Part shown: piece after piece, positions 29,355-38,555 of the stretch
Layout of the letters: each line of letters opens with the position of its first letter
Position numbering within the stretch: the first letter of the stretch is position 1
Origin: Nitrospirota bacterium
GTDB taxonomy: Bacteria; Nitrospirota; UBA9217
Direction of reading: 5' to 3'
Assembly: GCA_963790205.1 (NCBI GenBank)
Contig: CAWBNQ010000010.1
Span: 64,001-128,000 of the forward strand
DNA length: 64,000 bases
Translations under genes and position numbers: made by a program
Notes under the pieces: model-generated
Databases searched by the model: none
Seen by the model: only the letters and a program-made list of their open reading frames with translations
Told to the model about the DNA's origin: nothing

Positions 29355-30476
29355 ATGAGTACAATTCGTAAATCCATGTTTCCGGCCTTGCTCCTTATCG
29401 GAGTAATGGCCGTCCTGGCGCCGCAGCACGCTCTCGCGGCGGGCACCGCGTCGGGAACAATCATCAACAACAAGGCCACCATGAACTATCAGGCCGGAGG
29501 CGTTGCCCAGACGCTCATCGAGAGCTCTCCCACGGGCAACACGACCCCCGGCGCCGGGAACGGCGCCAACACGTGGTTCTACGTTGCCAACAAGGTCAAT
29601 GTCGTGGTGACGAACACCGGCAACGCCACGGTGATTCCCGGCTCGACGAAGCAGGCGCTGGTGTTCACCATTACCAACAGCGGCAACACCCCTCAGAGTT
29701 ATGCATTAGCGGCAAACCTTGTGTCCGGCCAGACCATGAGCAATGTCGCGATCTACTTGACCAATATCGCCCCTCCCACCCAGTATAATGCCGGCGACAC
29801 TCCATACGTGGATGCAACCACCTTCGGCACTATCGCTTCGGACGCAACCTACACCGTGCTGGTCGTGGCGGACGCGCCGCTCTCATTGACCAACGGCCAG
29901 ACCGGCGTATACAATCTGATCGCGACGACCACGAATGCAGGTACCACAACCGTTACTGCGCAAACAGCCGGCGCAGCCAACCTTCAGACCAACTCTCCGC
30001 TGGATGTGGTCTTTGCCGATGCCGCCGGAACCGATGACTCCGCCCGGGACGGAAAGATGTCGGCGCGAGGGACCTACACGGTTAGCGCGCCGGTGCTGAC
30101 GGTCACCAAGACCACGGCGGTCTACTCTGATCCGTTCAATGGCACCACGAACCCGAAGGCGATCCCCGGCGCGGTCATGACCTACACGATCACGATCGCG
30201 AATGGGGCCGGCGGCGCGACCGCCACGTCAGTTTCGATCGTGGACGCCGTCCCGGCGAATACGACGTTCAAAACCACGTACGTTGACGCCTCTACCACCT
30301 GCTCAGGCGCAGACGGCATCGTGGTGGGCGCGGGGGCCGGGGTCTGCAAAACCAACACGAACGATGGGGACGGCGCGGACTACAACGTATCGAATGCAGG
30401 CGCGGTGACGGTGACAGGGCTTTCGGTCGCCGCCAGCGCCAGCGCTGTTGTCAGGTTCCAGGTTACGATCAATTAA
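29355..30476 (+). CDS. Secreted DUF11-type protein, putative shaft pilin
   Basis: AAGGAG RBS, signal ending ALA, N-terminus AGTASGTIINNKATMNY. C-terminal LTVTKT..KAIPGA..VDAVP..FQVTIN. Confidence 0.82.
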   Translation: MSTIRKSMFPALLLIGVMAVLAPQHALAAGTASGTIINNKATMNYQAGGVAQTLIESSPTGNTTPGAGNGANTWFYVANKVNVVVTNTGNATVIPGSTKQALVFTITNSGNTPQSYALAANLVSGQTMSNVAIYLTNIAPPTQYNAGDTPYVDATTFGTIASDATYTVLVVADAPLSLTNGQTGVYNLIATTTNAGTTTVTAQTAGAANLQTNSPLDVVFADAAGTDDSARDGKMSARGTYTVSAPVLTVTKTTAVYSDPFNGTTNPKAIPGAVMTYTITIANGAGGATATSVSIVDAVPANTTFKTTYVDASTTCSGADGIVVGAGAGVCKTNTNDGDGADYNVSNAGAVTVTGLSVAASASAVVRFQVTIN

Positions 30477-30539
30477 GAGAAGCGATCATTCCATGATGGT
30501 CTAGTAAAAAACAGGAATGAAACAAAAAAGGAGGAACTC

Positions 30540-31034
30540 ATGAAAAGAACGGTAATCAGCATCTTGGTCGCGCTTTTGCTCCTTCCTGCCGCGGCACGGG
30601 CGCAGCAAAAGGGAAGCGTAGAACTTAAATCGATTGCGGAAGTTGAGGTCACGAAAACGAACGCAAAGGGCGAAAAGGAGGTGAAACGCGTTGACACGGC
30701 CAAGGCCAAGGTCGTGCCGGGCGATATGGTCATCTTTACGACGACCTACACGAACATCGGCAAGCAACCGGCGGACAAGGTCGTGATCACGAACCCCGTG
30801 CCCGAACATATGGATTACCTGGACAAGAGCGCCGAGGGCAAAGGAGCGAAAATAGACTTCTCCGTGGACAAGGGAAAGAGCTACGAAACTCCCGATAAGC
30901 TTATGGTCACGGACGCGCAGGGAAAGACGCGGAAGGCGCGGCCTGCGGATTATACAACCATCCGGTGGACCCTGATCAAACCCGTGCCGCCGGGCGGCGC
31001 AGGCAGCGTCTCCTTCAGGGCCAAGCTGCAATAA
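30540..31034 (+). CDS. Small secreted single DUF11-like domain protein (putative chaperone/accessory)
   Basis: Signal peptide, VVPGDMVIFTTTYTN..VVITNPVP..FSVD..IRWTL..VSFRAKLQ. Lys-rich. Confidence 0.75.
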   Translation: MKRTVISILVALLLLPAAARAQQKGSVELKSIAEVEVTKTNAKGEKEVKRVDTAKAKVVPGDMVIFTTTYTNIGKQPADKVVITNPVPEHMDYLDKSAEGKGAKIDFSVDKGKSYETPDKLMVTDAQGKTRKARPADYTTIRWTLIKPVPPGGAGSVSFRAKLQ

Positions 31035-31263
31035 AGCAGGAAATGACGTACCGTCCCGGTCACGTGGATCGGGAATGAATCAACAGAGATAATTTCGGGC
31101 ACATTGGTTGAAAAATTTTAACAAGGAGGCAATTCGTGTGAAAGGATAATCAGAGGGGAAGCATCACAAAAGAAAGTTAATAATTATGAAACGCATCTAC
31201 GGACTACGGTCCGAACAGGCACATAAAACCATATAAAACGCAGCAGAACGTAAAGGAGAAAAA

Positions 31264-32388
31264 ATGAAGACAGTAACGAAAAACATAGCATTGGCGCTGC
31301 TCCTCATCGGAGCGATGGCAATGCTGGCGCCGCAAACGGCCCTGGCGCTCGGCACCGCCGCAGGCACCCCGATAACCAACAACGCCGCCGTTAACTATAG
31401 CGTGAACGGCACGGGTCAGCCCCAGGTAAATGCCTCAGCAACCTTCAAGGTTGACGACAAGGTCAGCTTCACGTTGACTGCCCAGGATTCCGCGAACGTG
31501 ACGATCTCCCCCAGCGGCGCAGCATACCAGACCTATGTGTTGACCAATACCGGCAACGGCCCTCATGACTTTACCCTCGGTCCGGTAGTAATAGGCGGCA
31601 ATACCCTTGCGCCTGCCACGGGGCCCACCTTGTATTCCACGAATACGGGTACGGGCGGCACGCAGTTGCCTATCGATGGAACCGCCACTCTTCCGTACAT
31701 CAGCAATCTGGCGTCCGACGCGACAAGGACGGTCTATATGTACATAACCGCGTCAGCAACGCCCACTGATGGACAGTTTGCCGACTATACGGTTACCGCC
31801 ACGGCATACCAGCCCGGTAATCTCGGGAACCCGACCCCCGTCAAATCCTCAGTGCAAGCAGCAACGGATGCGACCGTTGACAAGAATTTAAATCTTAACG
31901 GTCAGGTATATGTCGTCCTGGCGGACGGACAGGGCAACGGCGGAGATGGGCTCAGGGACGGCCTGTATGCCGTCATCGCGAAAAGCGGCGGCGGCTCCAC
32001 CGTGGGCTTCCTTGTTTCGTCAGCCAATATTGCCGTCAATAAAACGGCCGCTCTCTACAGCGACCCTCTCGACGGCGTCTACAACGCTGTAACGAACAAG
32101 GCGCCGAAGGCCATTCCCGGCGCGTACATGATCTATACCCTGACCGTAACGAACAGCGGCACAGCCCCAACCAGCGCTCTCTCGATATCCGACACGCTGC
32201 CGGCGAGCCTGAGCTTTATCACTTATAACGACGGTGCGACCCCCTGCTCCAGCGGCCAGGTCGTTATCAACGGGTCCTGCTCTTCCGCCGGTGTGACCAT
32301 CTCGGGCCAGAACCTGACAGTTACCGGCTTAAGCGCTGCATCAGGCGGTGGAACAGCAATCGTCAAGTACATGGTGACCATAAACTGA
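31264..32388 (+). CDS. Secreted DUF11-type protein, putative shaft pilin
   Basis: Signal ending ALA, N-terminus LGTAAGTPITNNAAVNY. C-terminal IAVNKT..KAIPGA..SDTLP..YMVTIN. Confidence 0.82.
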   Translation: MKTVTKNIALALLLIGAMAMLAPQTALALGTAAGTPITNNAAVNYSVNGTGQPQVNASATFKVDDKVSFTLTAQDSANVTISPSGAAYQTYVLTNTGNGPHDFTLGPVVIGGNTLAPATGPTLYSTNTGTGGTQLPIDGTATLPYISNLASDATRTVYMYITASATPTDGQFADYTVTATAYQPGNLGNPTPVKSSVQAATDATVDKNLNLNGQVYVVLADGQGNGGDGLRDGLYAVIAKSGGGSTVGFLVSSANIAVNKTAALYSDPLDGVYNAVTNKAPKAIPGAYMIYTLTVTNSGTAPTSALSISDTLPASLSFITYNDGATPCSSGQVVINGSCSSAGVTISGQNLTVTGLSAASGGGTAIVKYMVTIN

Positions 32389-32434
32389 TCTCAGTCGAAA
32401 CGGCAAGAAAGAGCAAGGAAGTGAGAACGTCATT

Positions 32435-35400
32435 GTGAAAAATTTCTTCCCCATATCTGCCGCACTACGGCGCCTCTGCTTCGGCATCATTGCCGGGGCA
32501 CGCGCCCTCGTGCGCCTTTTTGCGGAAGAGCTCGAGATCAGCCGCAAAGGCGCGGAGGGACCGAGATCGTCGTCTCGGCCTTTCCGTGCCTCTGCGGCGT
32601 CTGTTTTGTCCTTTGGCCCGCGCTCACGCGCGGCATTCGCTGTTTTATGCATGTCTTTATCATTTATTCTTTTTCATTCCCCTGTCCTGTGGGCCGCCAC
32701 TCCCGCGGGAACGGTCATCAGCAACACCGCCCTGGCGAACTATACGGACGGCCCGTCGTCGGGCATCATCAGCAGGAATTCGAACACTTTTAACGTCACC
32801 ACGGTCGCGTTCCGCACACCGGCCACGATCGAGTTAATGGAGTACGCGCCAGCGTTGCCGGGCGTCCAGAGCATTCCGGTACCGGCGACAGCGTACAGCA
32901 CCAGCGGCTCGACTGCCGGGCCTTTTACGGCCCTGGGCCCTCCCCTGACTCTGAGCGGCGCGACCATCAATCTGGGAAGCCCCGTCCCGCTCGCGGACAC
33001 GGGCCTCTACCGCTCCGGAGAAGCAGTCTTTGTCCGCCTGACGGACCTAGACCAAAACACGGACCCCTCCACGGCCCAGACAGTGCTCGTGACCTTAACG
33101 GACGACCTGACCGGCGATACGGAAGTCCTCCGGCTCACGGAGACCGGGCCTAATACGGGCGTATTTACCGGTTATATCCAGACGACGGCCCAGCCCGCAG
33201 CCAATGGCAACGGACTGTTGAGCGTCTTGGATAATTCCCATATCACGGCCTCCTATGTAGACGCCGCGGATAGCACGGACAAGGCGAGCGCCAGGGCCTT
33301 GGTCAACCCGCTCTCCAAAGTGTTCAGCAGCGCTACCGGCCAACTTGTGAACGGGATCTCCATAACGCTCGTTGATGCGGCCACGAACCTGCCCGCGACG
33401 GTCTACGGCGATGATGGCGTGAGCATCTTCCCCTCGACGATCAAGACGGGTATGACCACGACGGACGGAAGCGGGAAGATCTATTCCTTCCCCAGCGGAG
33501 AGTACCAGTTCCCCTACATTCCGGCGGGCACCTACCGCCTCGCAGTGACGCCTCCGACGGGGTATAAAGCGCCGTCCACGGTCCCCACCGCAGCGCTCCA
33601 GAAACTGCCGGGCGGACCGTTCGTCATCGTTGACCCCGCTTCCCGGGGCGGTCAATTCACGGTGAGCGCCGGCTTCACGGCCCAGATCGACATCCCGGTG
33701 GATCCTGCAGGCAAGGGGCTCTTTCTGCTTAAATCCGCGGCAAATACCGACGCGGCGATCGGGGACTTTTTGCAATACCAACTGAGCGTGCAGAACACCA
33801 ATGCGACCGCGGCCGTGACGGGCGTTGTCGTGAACGACACTCTGCCCCTGGGGTTCCGCTACCGGAAAGGCTCCACCAAGATCAACCTCATTGCTGCTCC
33901 GGACCCCTCCATATCCGGCGACGGCCTTACCCTGACGTTCACGGTCGGAAGTATCCCGGCCGCGACGACGACGAACATCTCCTACGTGACGGAGATCGCC
34001 GCCGGAGCGAAAATGGGAACGGCCATCAACACCGCCGTCGCCCTGGGCAAGGGGGCGGTTTCCAATCCGGCCACGGCCTCGGTCCTGGTAAAGAACGACT
34101 TTTTCAGCGATAAGGCCTTCATCATGGGCGCCGTGCGGGTGGACGGCTGCGGAAAATCCGAGGCAGCCGAGAAGGGCGGTCTTGAAGGGGTGCGCCTCTT
34201 CATGGAAGACGGGACATACGTTGTGACCGATAAGAACGGCATGTTCCACTTCGAGGGCGTCAACCCGGGCACTCATGTCGTGCAGCTCGATCTGGACACC
34301 CTGCCGGAAAAATACGAGGTCCTGTCCTGTGAAGAAAACGACCGGTTCGCGGAAACGCCCTATTCCCAGTTTGTGGACCTCCAGGGAGGGACCCTCTGGC
34401 GCGCCGACTTCCACCTGGGCCTCAAGGCCCGGGCCGTGGGCGAGGCGGGCCTGGAACTTCGGAGCGTCTTGAAAACAGCGCAGACCGGCAGCCGCGGCAA
34501 TACGATCGAATACAGCGTTCCCCTCCGCGTGGGGTCCGTGCCGCTCCGCAACGTGCGTTTGACGGTCATGCTGCCCGAAGGTTCGACCTATCAGGCGGGG
34601 AGCAGCATGCTCAACACGGTCCCGCAGCCCGACCCGTCGAACGTGGAGAATGCTCTGACCTACCGCCTCGGGGATGTCCCCGCGGACTGGGAAGGCACAC
34701 TGCGTTTCAACGCCGCCGTCCCCTTTGCAGGGAACGCCGGCGAGCTGGCGACCAAGGCGCTCCTCATCTTCGATACCCCGCAGAAAAAGAACGAGCGGAC
34801 CCCCGTGGTGGACAACCTGCTCGTGCGGAACGTCGTGGAAGAGCGCCAGTCCGTTCCGGATGTCGTTCTGCACCCGAAGTTTGCGGTCCTGAGCGCTACC
34901 TTGAACAAGAAAGACAAGAAGGCCCTGAACCGCCTGATTAAAGATCTGAAAGAGTCAGGGGTGACACGCCTTATCGTGACGGGCCATACGGACTCCGGCA
35001 GGATCCGGGGACGGGCTGCGAAAAAATTCAAGGACAACTACGCGCTGTCCCGGGCCAGGGCCGAGACCGTGGGCCGCTACATCGCCGCGCGCCTCAAGCT
35101 CTCTCCCGAACAGGTGAACTTCATCGGAAAGGGAGCGGATGAACCCGTTGCAACGAACAAGACGGCGAAGGGACGCGCCCAGAACCGCCGCGTAGAGCTG
35201 CAGGTGGAAACCGAAAAAGTCATCGTCATGGCCGAACTGAAGAATGAAAAGGGCGCCAGCGGCGTTAAAACGGTGACAACCACGGGCCTGAGGCCGGGTG
35301 AGAAATGGACCGGACCGGAGACGAAAAAGCCCGTTCAGGACGAGAAGAAAATGCCCGAGTACACCCCTGAATGGCTCGAATCGGCGGAGCCGGGATTCGC

Positions 35401-38400
35401 GTGGCTCTGGCCCGGCGAGGGTTATTACCCGGCCATACCGGCCACGAAGATTGCCATCAAACACGACCCTGCGAAGAAGCTCAAGCTTTTCCTGAACGGA
35501 GAAGAGGTGAACGCGCTCTATCTCGACGGCACGCTCAAGCGGCAGGATGGCAAGGTCGCCGTCAGCGTCTGGCGGGGCGTGAATCTCCGGGACGGAGACA
35601 ATATTTTCGAGGCCATACAGTATGATGAAAACGGCGCCGAGGCGGGGAAACTGAAACGGGTCCTGCATTATTCCACGCCTCCGGTAAAGGCGGAGCTGGC
35701 GCCGGCGCAGTCGAAACTCGTGGCTGACGGCAAGAACCCTCCGGTCATCGCCGTCCGGCTCACGGACAAGGACGGAGCTCCCGCGCGCGAGGGGGTCATC
35801 GGCGAGTACAGCATCGATCCTCCCCGTGTTTCGCGCCAGAGCGCCGAGGACCTCCAGAAGAACCCCCTGACCGCGTCCACGAGCGATAAGTTGAAATATC
35901 AGGTGGGAGCGAACGGCATCGCCCTCATCGAACTCCAGCCCACGACGACAACCGGCGCGGCGGTGATCAAGATCCCCCTGCCGGACGGCGTCCATGAGAT
36001 CCGGGCATGGCTCACCCCGGAAAAACGCGACTGGATCCTGGTCGGCCTCGCCGATGGGACGGTCGGCTACAACGTGGTGAAAAGCAAAATGGAAAACGCG
36101 CCCTCCGGCCAGGACGACCAGATCTATAGAGACGGCCGGGTCGCGTTCTACGCCAAAGGAGCGATCAAGGGCGAGTGGCTCCTTACCATAGCCTACGACA
36201 GCGACAAGGGTGGAAATAAGGATACGAAGAGCCTCTATCAGACGATCGACCCGAACAAATACTATACCCTCTACGGCGATGCCACGGACCAGCGCGCGGA
36301 CGCGGCAAGCTCTCAGACCCTTTACGTCAAGATCGAGCGCGACCAGTTCTACGCCCTGTTCGGCGACTACGATACGGGCCTGACGGTGACCGAGCTGTCG
36401 CGGTATTCCCGCCAGTTCACGGGCCTGAAGTCGGAGCTGAAATCGGAACATTACGATTACACGCTCTACGCAAGCCAGAATACCCAGGCGTTCGTAAAGG
36501 ACGAGATCCAGGGCGACGGCACGTCCGGCCTCTACCGGCTGTCGCGGAAAAACATCATCGTCAATTCGGATTCAGTAGTCATCGAGACAAGAGACCGGTT
36601 CAGGAGTGAAGTGGTCCTCTCTTCCCAGCCGATGAGCCGCTTCGTCGATTACACCATCGATTACGACGCGGGAACCGTCTGGTTCAAGTCGCCCATATTC
36701 AACCGGGATGCCAACTTCAATCCCATTTTCATCGTCGTGCGGTATGAGTTGTTCGATACATCGGGATCTACTTATAATAATTACGGCGGACGCGGAGCGG
36801 TGCGGGTCCTGAACAACCGGCTCGAGGTCGGCGCCACGCACATCCACGAGGAACAAAACGGCGGCGCCGGAACTCTCACGGGCCTCGACACGACCGTCAA
36901 ACTGGACGACCAGACGAAGATCAAGGCCGAGATGGCGATGACGAATACCGACGAAGGCGGCGGCGCGAGCGACGGCTCCGCCTGGCTGGCGGAAGTGTCC
37001 CACCGCTCGGATAAGCTGGAGGGAAAGACATACGTGCGCGAGCAGGAACCGGGTTTCGGTCTGGGTCAGCAGAACAACAGCGAGACGGGCACCAAAAAAA
37101 CCGGCTTCGATCTTACCTACCATTTGAGCCAGTCATTCGACCTGACGAGTGACGCATTCCGTCAGGAAAACCTTACGAATAACGCGGTCAGGAACATGGC
37201 CGAGCTGCAGGGAAAGTACAGCGATAAACGCTACGAGCTTTTCAGCGGAGTGCGGTATGCGCAGGACGCGTTTGACGACGGCACAACGCAGACGTCGGAC
37301 CAGATTTTCGTCGGCGGCAGGTACCTGATGACCGAGCGCCTTTCCGTCACCTTCCGCCAGGACCAGTCGATCGGCAATGAAAATGGGAACGCCGACTTCC
37401 CGACACGGACGACCCTGGGCGCGGATTACAAGTTGACCAACAGCTCGTCGCTCTTCGCGGCCGAGGAACTGACCCATGGAGCAGAGCTGGACACGGACAC
37501 AACGCGTGTCGGACTGAGGTCGGCGCCGTGGACCGGCGGCCAGGTGAGTTCAACCGTGGAGGACCAGACCTCGGAAAACGGTGAGCGGCTCTTTTCCACC
37601 CTGGGCCTCAAGCAGACCTGGCAGGTGAGCAAACGGTGGACCGTTGACGCCGGCCTGGACCGCTCGCAAACGATCCAGCAGACGACGTCCGCGACGACCG
37701 TTGCGCCGGTGGATCAATTCAACACCAACGTGCCTCCGGCCTCGGGCGGCCCGGACTTCACCGCCCTGTCGCTCGGCGCGGGTTACAAGGCGGACAAATG
37801 GGCGTGGACGGGCCGCGTGGAAGAACGGCACTCGTCGGATGACAATAAGTTCAGCGTCCTTTCAGGCGTGAACGGAGAAGTTTCTGAAGGGCTCGGTCTT
37901 GCGGCGGGAGTGCAGGAGTTCCACTCGACATTCAATACGGGGGTCAGCACCAAGAACGATGACGTGCGTCTCGGCCTCGTTTATCGCCCGAAGAACAGCG
38001 ACTGGATCGTGCTCGACCGCCTGGATCTCCTCCGCGATGAACAAAGTAACGGTGCTTTCAACTACGACAACTGGCGCGTGGTCAACAACATGAACACGAA
38101 TTTCAAAGCTGGCCCGGACACGCAGCTTTCCCTGCAGTACGCCTGCAAATACGTGCGGGAGACCATCGATGATCTGGACTACCGGGGTTATACGGACCTC
38201 ACCGGATTGGAAGTCCGGTACGACCTGACGAAGAAATGGGACATCGGGGTGCGGGGCAGAATACTGCACTCCTGGAGTGTCGACCAGTACCACTACGGGA
38301 CCGGGCTCTCGCTGGGGTACAACTTCGTGAAAAACGTGTTGATACGCGCCGGCTATAATATCACAGGCTTCACGGACAAGGATTTCTCGAAAGCGGACTT

Positions 38401-38488
38401 CACCAGCGAAGGTCCTTTTTTCAAAATCAGCCTCAAGTTCGACCAGGTATCGGTCAGGAGCGCCGTGAAATGGATCACCGGACTGTAA
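32435..38488 (+). CDS. Giant outer-membrane protein: Ig/DUF11 domains, OmpA-like peptidoglycan-binding domain and a large C-terminal beta-barrel
   Basis: ATPAGTVISNTALANY mature N-terminus, DUF11 LLKSA..GDFLQY..NDTLP, OmpA GHTDS..LSRARA..NRRVEL, then ~800 aa of amphipathic strands. Start could be ATG 32651. Confidence 0.85.
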   Translation: MKNFFPISAALRRLCFGIIAGARALVRLFAEELEISRKGAEGPRSSSRPFRASAASVLSFGPRSRAAFAVLCMSLSFILFHSPVLWAATPAGTVISNTALANYTDGPSSGIISRNSNTFNVTTVAFRTPATIELMEYAPALPGVQSIPVPATAYSTSGSTAGPFTALGPPLTLSGATINLGSPVPLADTGLYRSGEAVFVRLTDLDQNTDPSTAQTVLVTLTDDLTGDTEVLRLTETGPNTGVFTGYIQTTAQPAANGNGLLSVLDNSHITASYVDAADSTDKASARALVNPLSKVFSSATGQLVNGISITLVDAATNLPATVYGDDGVSIFPSTIKTGMTTTDGSGKIYSFPSGEYQFPYIPAGTYRLAVTPPTGYKAPSTVPTAALQKLPGGPFVIVDPASRGGQFTVSAGFTAQIDIPVDPAGKGLFLLKSAANTDAAIGDFLQYQLSVQNTNATAAVTGVVVNDTLPLGFRYRKGSTKINLIAAPDPSISGDGLTLTFTVGSIPAATTTNISYVTEIAAGAKMGTAINTAVALGKGAVSNPATASVLVKNDFFSDKAFIMGAVRVDGCGKSEAAEKGGLEGVRLFMEDGTYVVTDKNGMFHFEGVNPGTHVVQLDLDTLPEKYEVLSCEENDRFAETPYSQFVDLQGGTLWRADFHLGLKARAVGEAGLELRSVLKTAQTGSRGNTIEYSVPLRVGSVPLRNVRLTVMLPEGSTYQAGSSMLNTVPQPDPSNVENALTYRLGDVPADWEGTLRFNAAVPFAGNAGELATKALLIFDTPQKKNERTPVVDNLLVRNVVEERQSVPDVVLHPKFAVLSATLNKKDKKALNRLIKDLKESGVTRLIVTGHTDSGRIRGRAAKKFKDNYALSRARAETVGRYIAARLKLSPEQVNFIGKGADEPVATNKTAKGRAQNRRVELQVETEKVIVMAELKNEKGASGVKTVTTTGLRPGEKWTGPETKKPVQDEKKMPEYTPEWLESAEPGFAWLWPGEGYYPAIPATKIAIKHDPAKKLKLFLNGEEVNALYLDGTLKRQDGKVAVSVWRGVNLRDGDNIFEAIQYDENGAEAGKLKRVLHYSTPPVKAELAPAQSKLVADGKNPPVIAVRLTDKDGAPAREGVIGEYSIDPPRVSRQSAEDLQKNPLTASTSDKLKYQVGANGIALIELQPTTTTGAAVIKIPLPDGVHEIRAWLTPEKRDWILVGLADGTVGYNVVKSKMENAPSGQDDQIYRDGRVAFYAKGAIKGEWLLTIAYDSDKGGNKDTKSLYQTIDPNKYYTLYGDATDQRADAASSQTLYVKIERDQFYALFGDYDTGLTVTELSRYSRQFTGLKSELKSEHYDYTLYASQNTQAFVKDEIQGDGTSGLYRLSRKNIIVNSDSVVIETRDRFRSEVVLSSQPMSRFVDYTIDYDAGTVWFKSPIFNRDANFNPIFIVVRYELFDTSGSTYNNYGGRGAVRVLNNRLEVGATHIHEEQNGGAGTLTGLDTTVKLDDQTKIKAEMAMTNTDEGGGASDGSAWLAEVSHRSDKLEGKTYVREQEPGFGLGQQNNSETGTKKTGFDLTYHLSQSFDLTSDAFRQENLTNNAVRNMAELQGKYSDKRYELFSGVRYAQDAFDDGTTQTSDQIFVGGRYLMTERLSVTFRQDQSIGNENGNADFPTRTTLGADYKLTNSSSLFAAEELTHGAELDTDTTRVGLRSAPWTGGQVSSTVEDQTSENGERLFSTLGLKQTWQVSKRWTVDAGLDRSQTIQQTTSATTVAPVDQFNTNVPPASGGPDFTALSLGAGYKADKWAWTGRVEERHSSDDNKFSVLSGVNGEVSEGLGLAAGVQEFHSTFNTGVSTKNDDVRLGLVYRPKNSDWIVLDRLDLLRDEQSNGAFNYDNWRVVNNMNTNFKAGPDTQLSLQYACKYVRETIDDLDYRGYTDLTGLEVRYDLTKKWDIGVRGRILHSWSVDQYHYGTGLSLGYNFVKNVLIRAGYNITGFTDKDFSKADFTSEGPFFKISLKFDQVSVRSAVKWITGL
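32541..32603. repeat. Palindromic ~9-nt-arm element in the leader or N-terminus of the giant gene
   Basis: gccgcaaaggcgcggaggg ... ttccgtgcctctgcggc. Same family as 15127 and 15874. Confidence 0.55.
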
Positions 38489-38555
38489 CCGTGATCGTGA
38501 AAATATGGTACTGCAACGCTATCGCAAAGCTATCAAGCACGATTACGTATGAAGT

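Noticed and set aside
27420..32700. c-di-GMP riboswitch upstream of adhesin genes
   Set aside because: No GEMM-like motif recognised by eye. An Infernal/Rfam scan would be needed to exclude it.
27973..38488. Classical chaperone-usher, type IV, curli or sortase pilus
   Set aside because: No PapD/PapC motifs, class III prepilin signal, curlin repeats, LPxTG or sortase seen.
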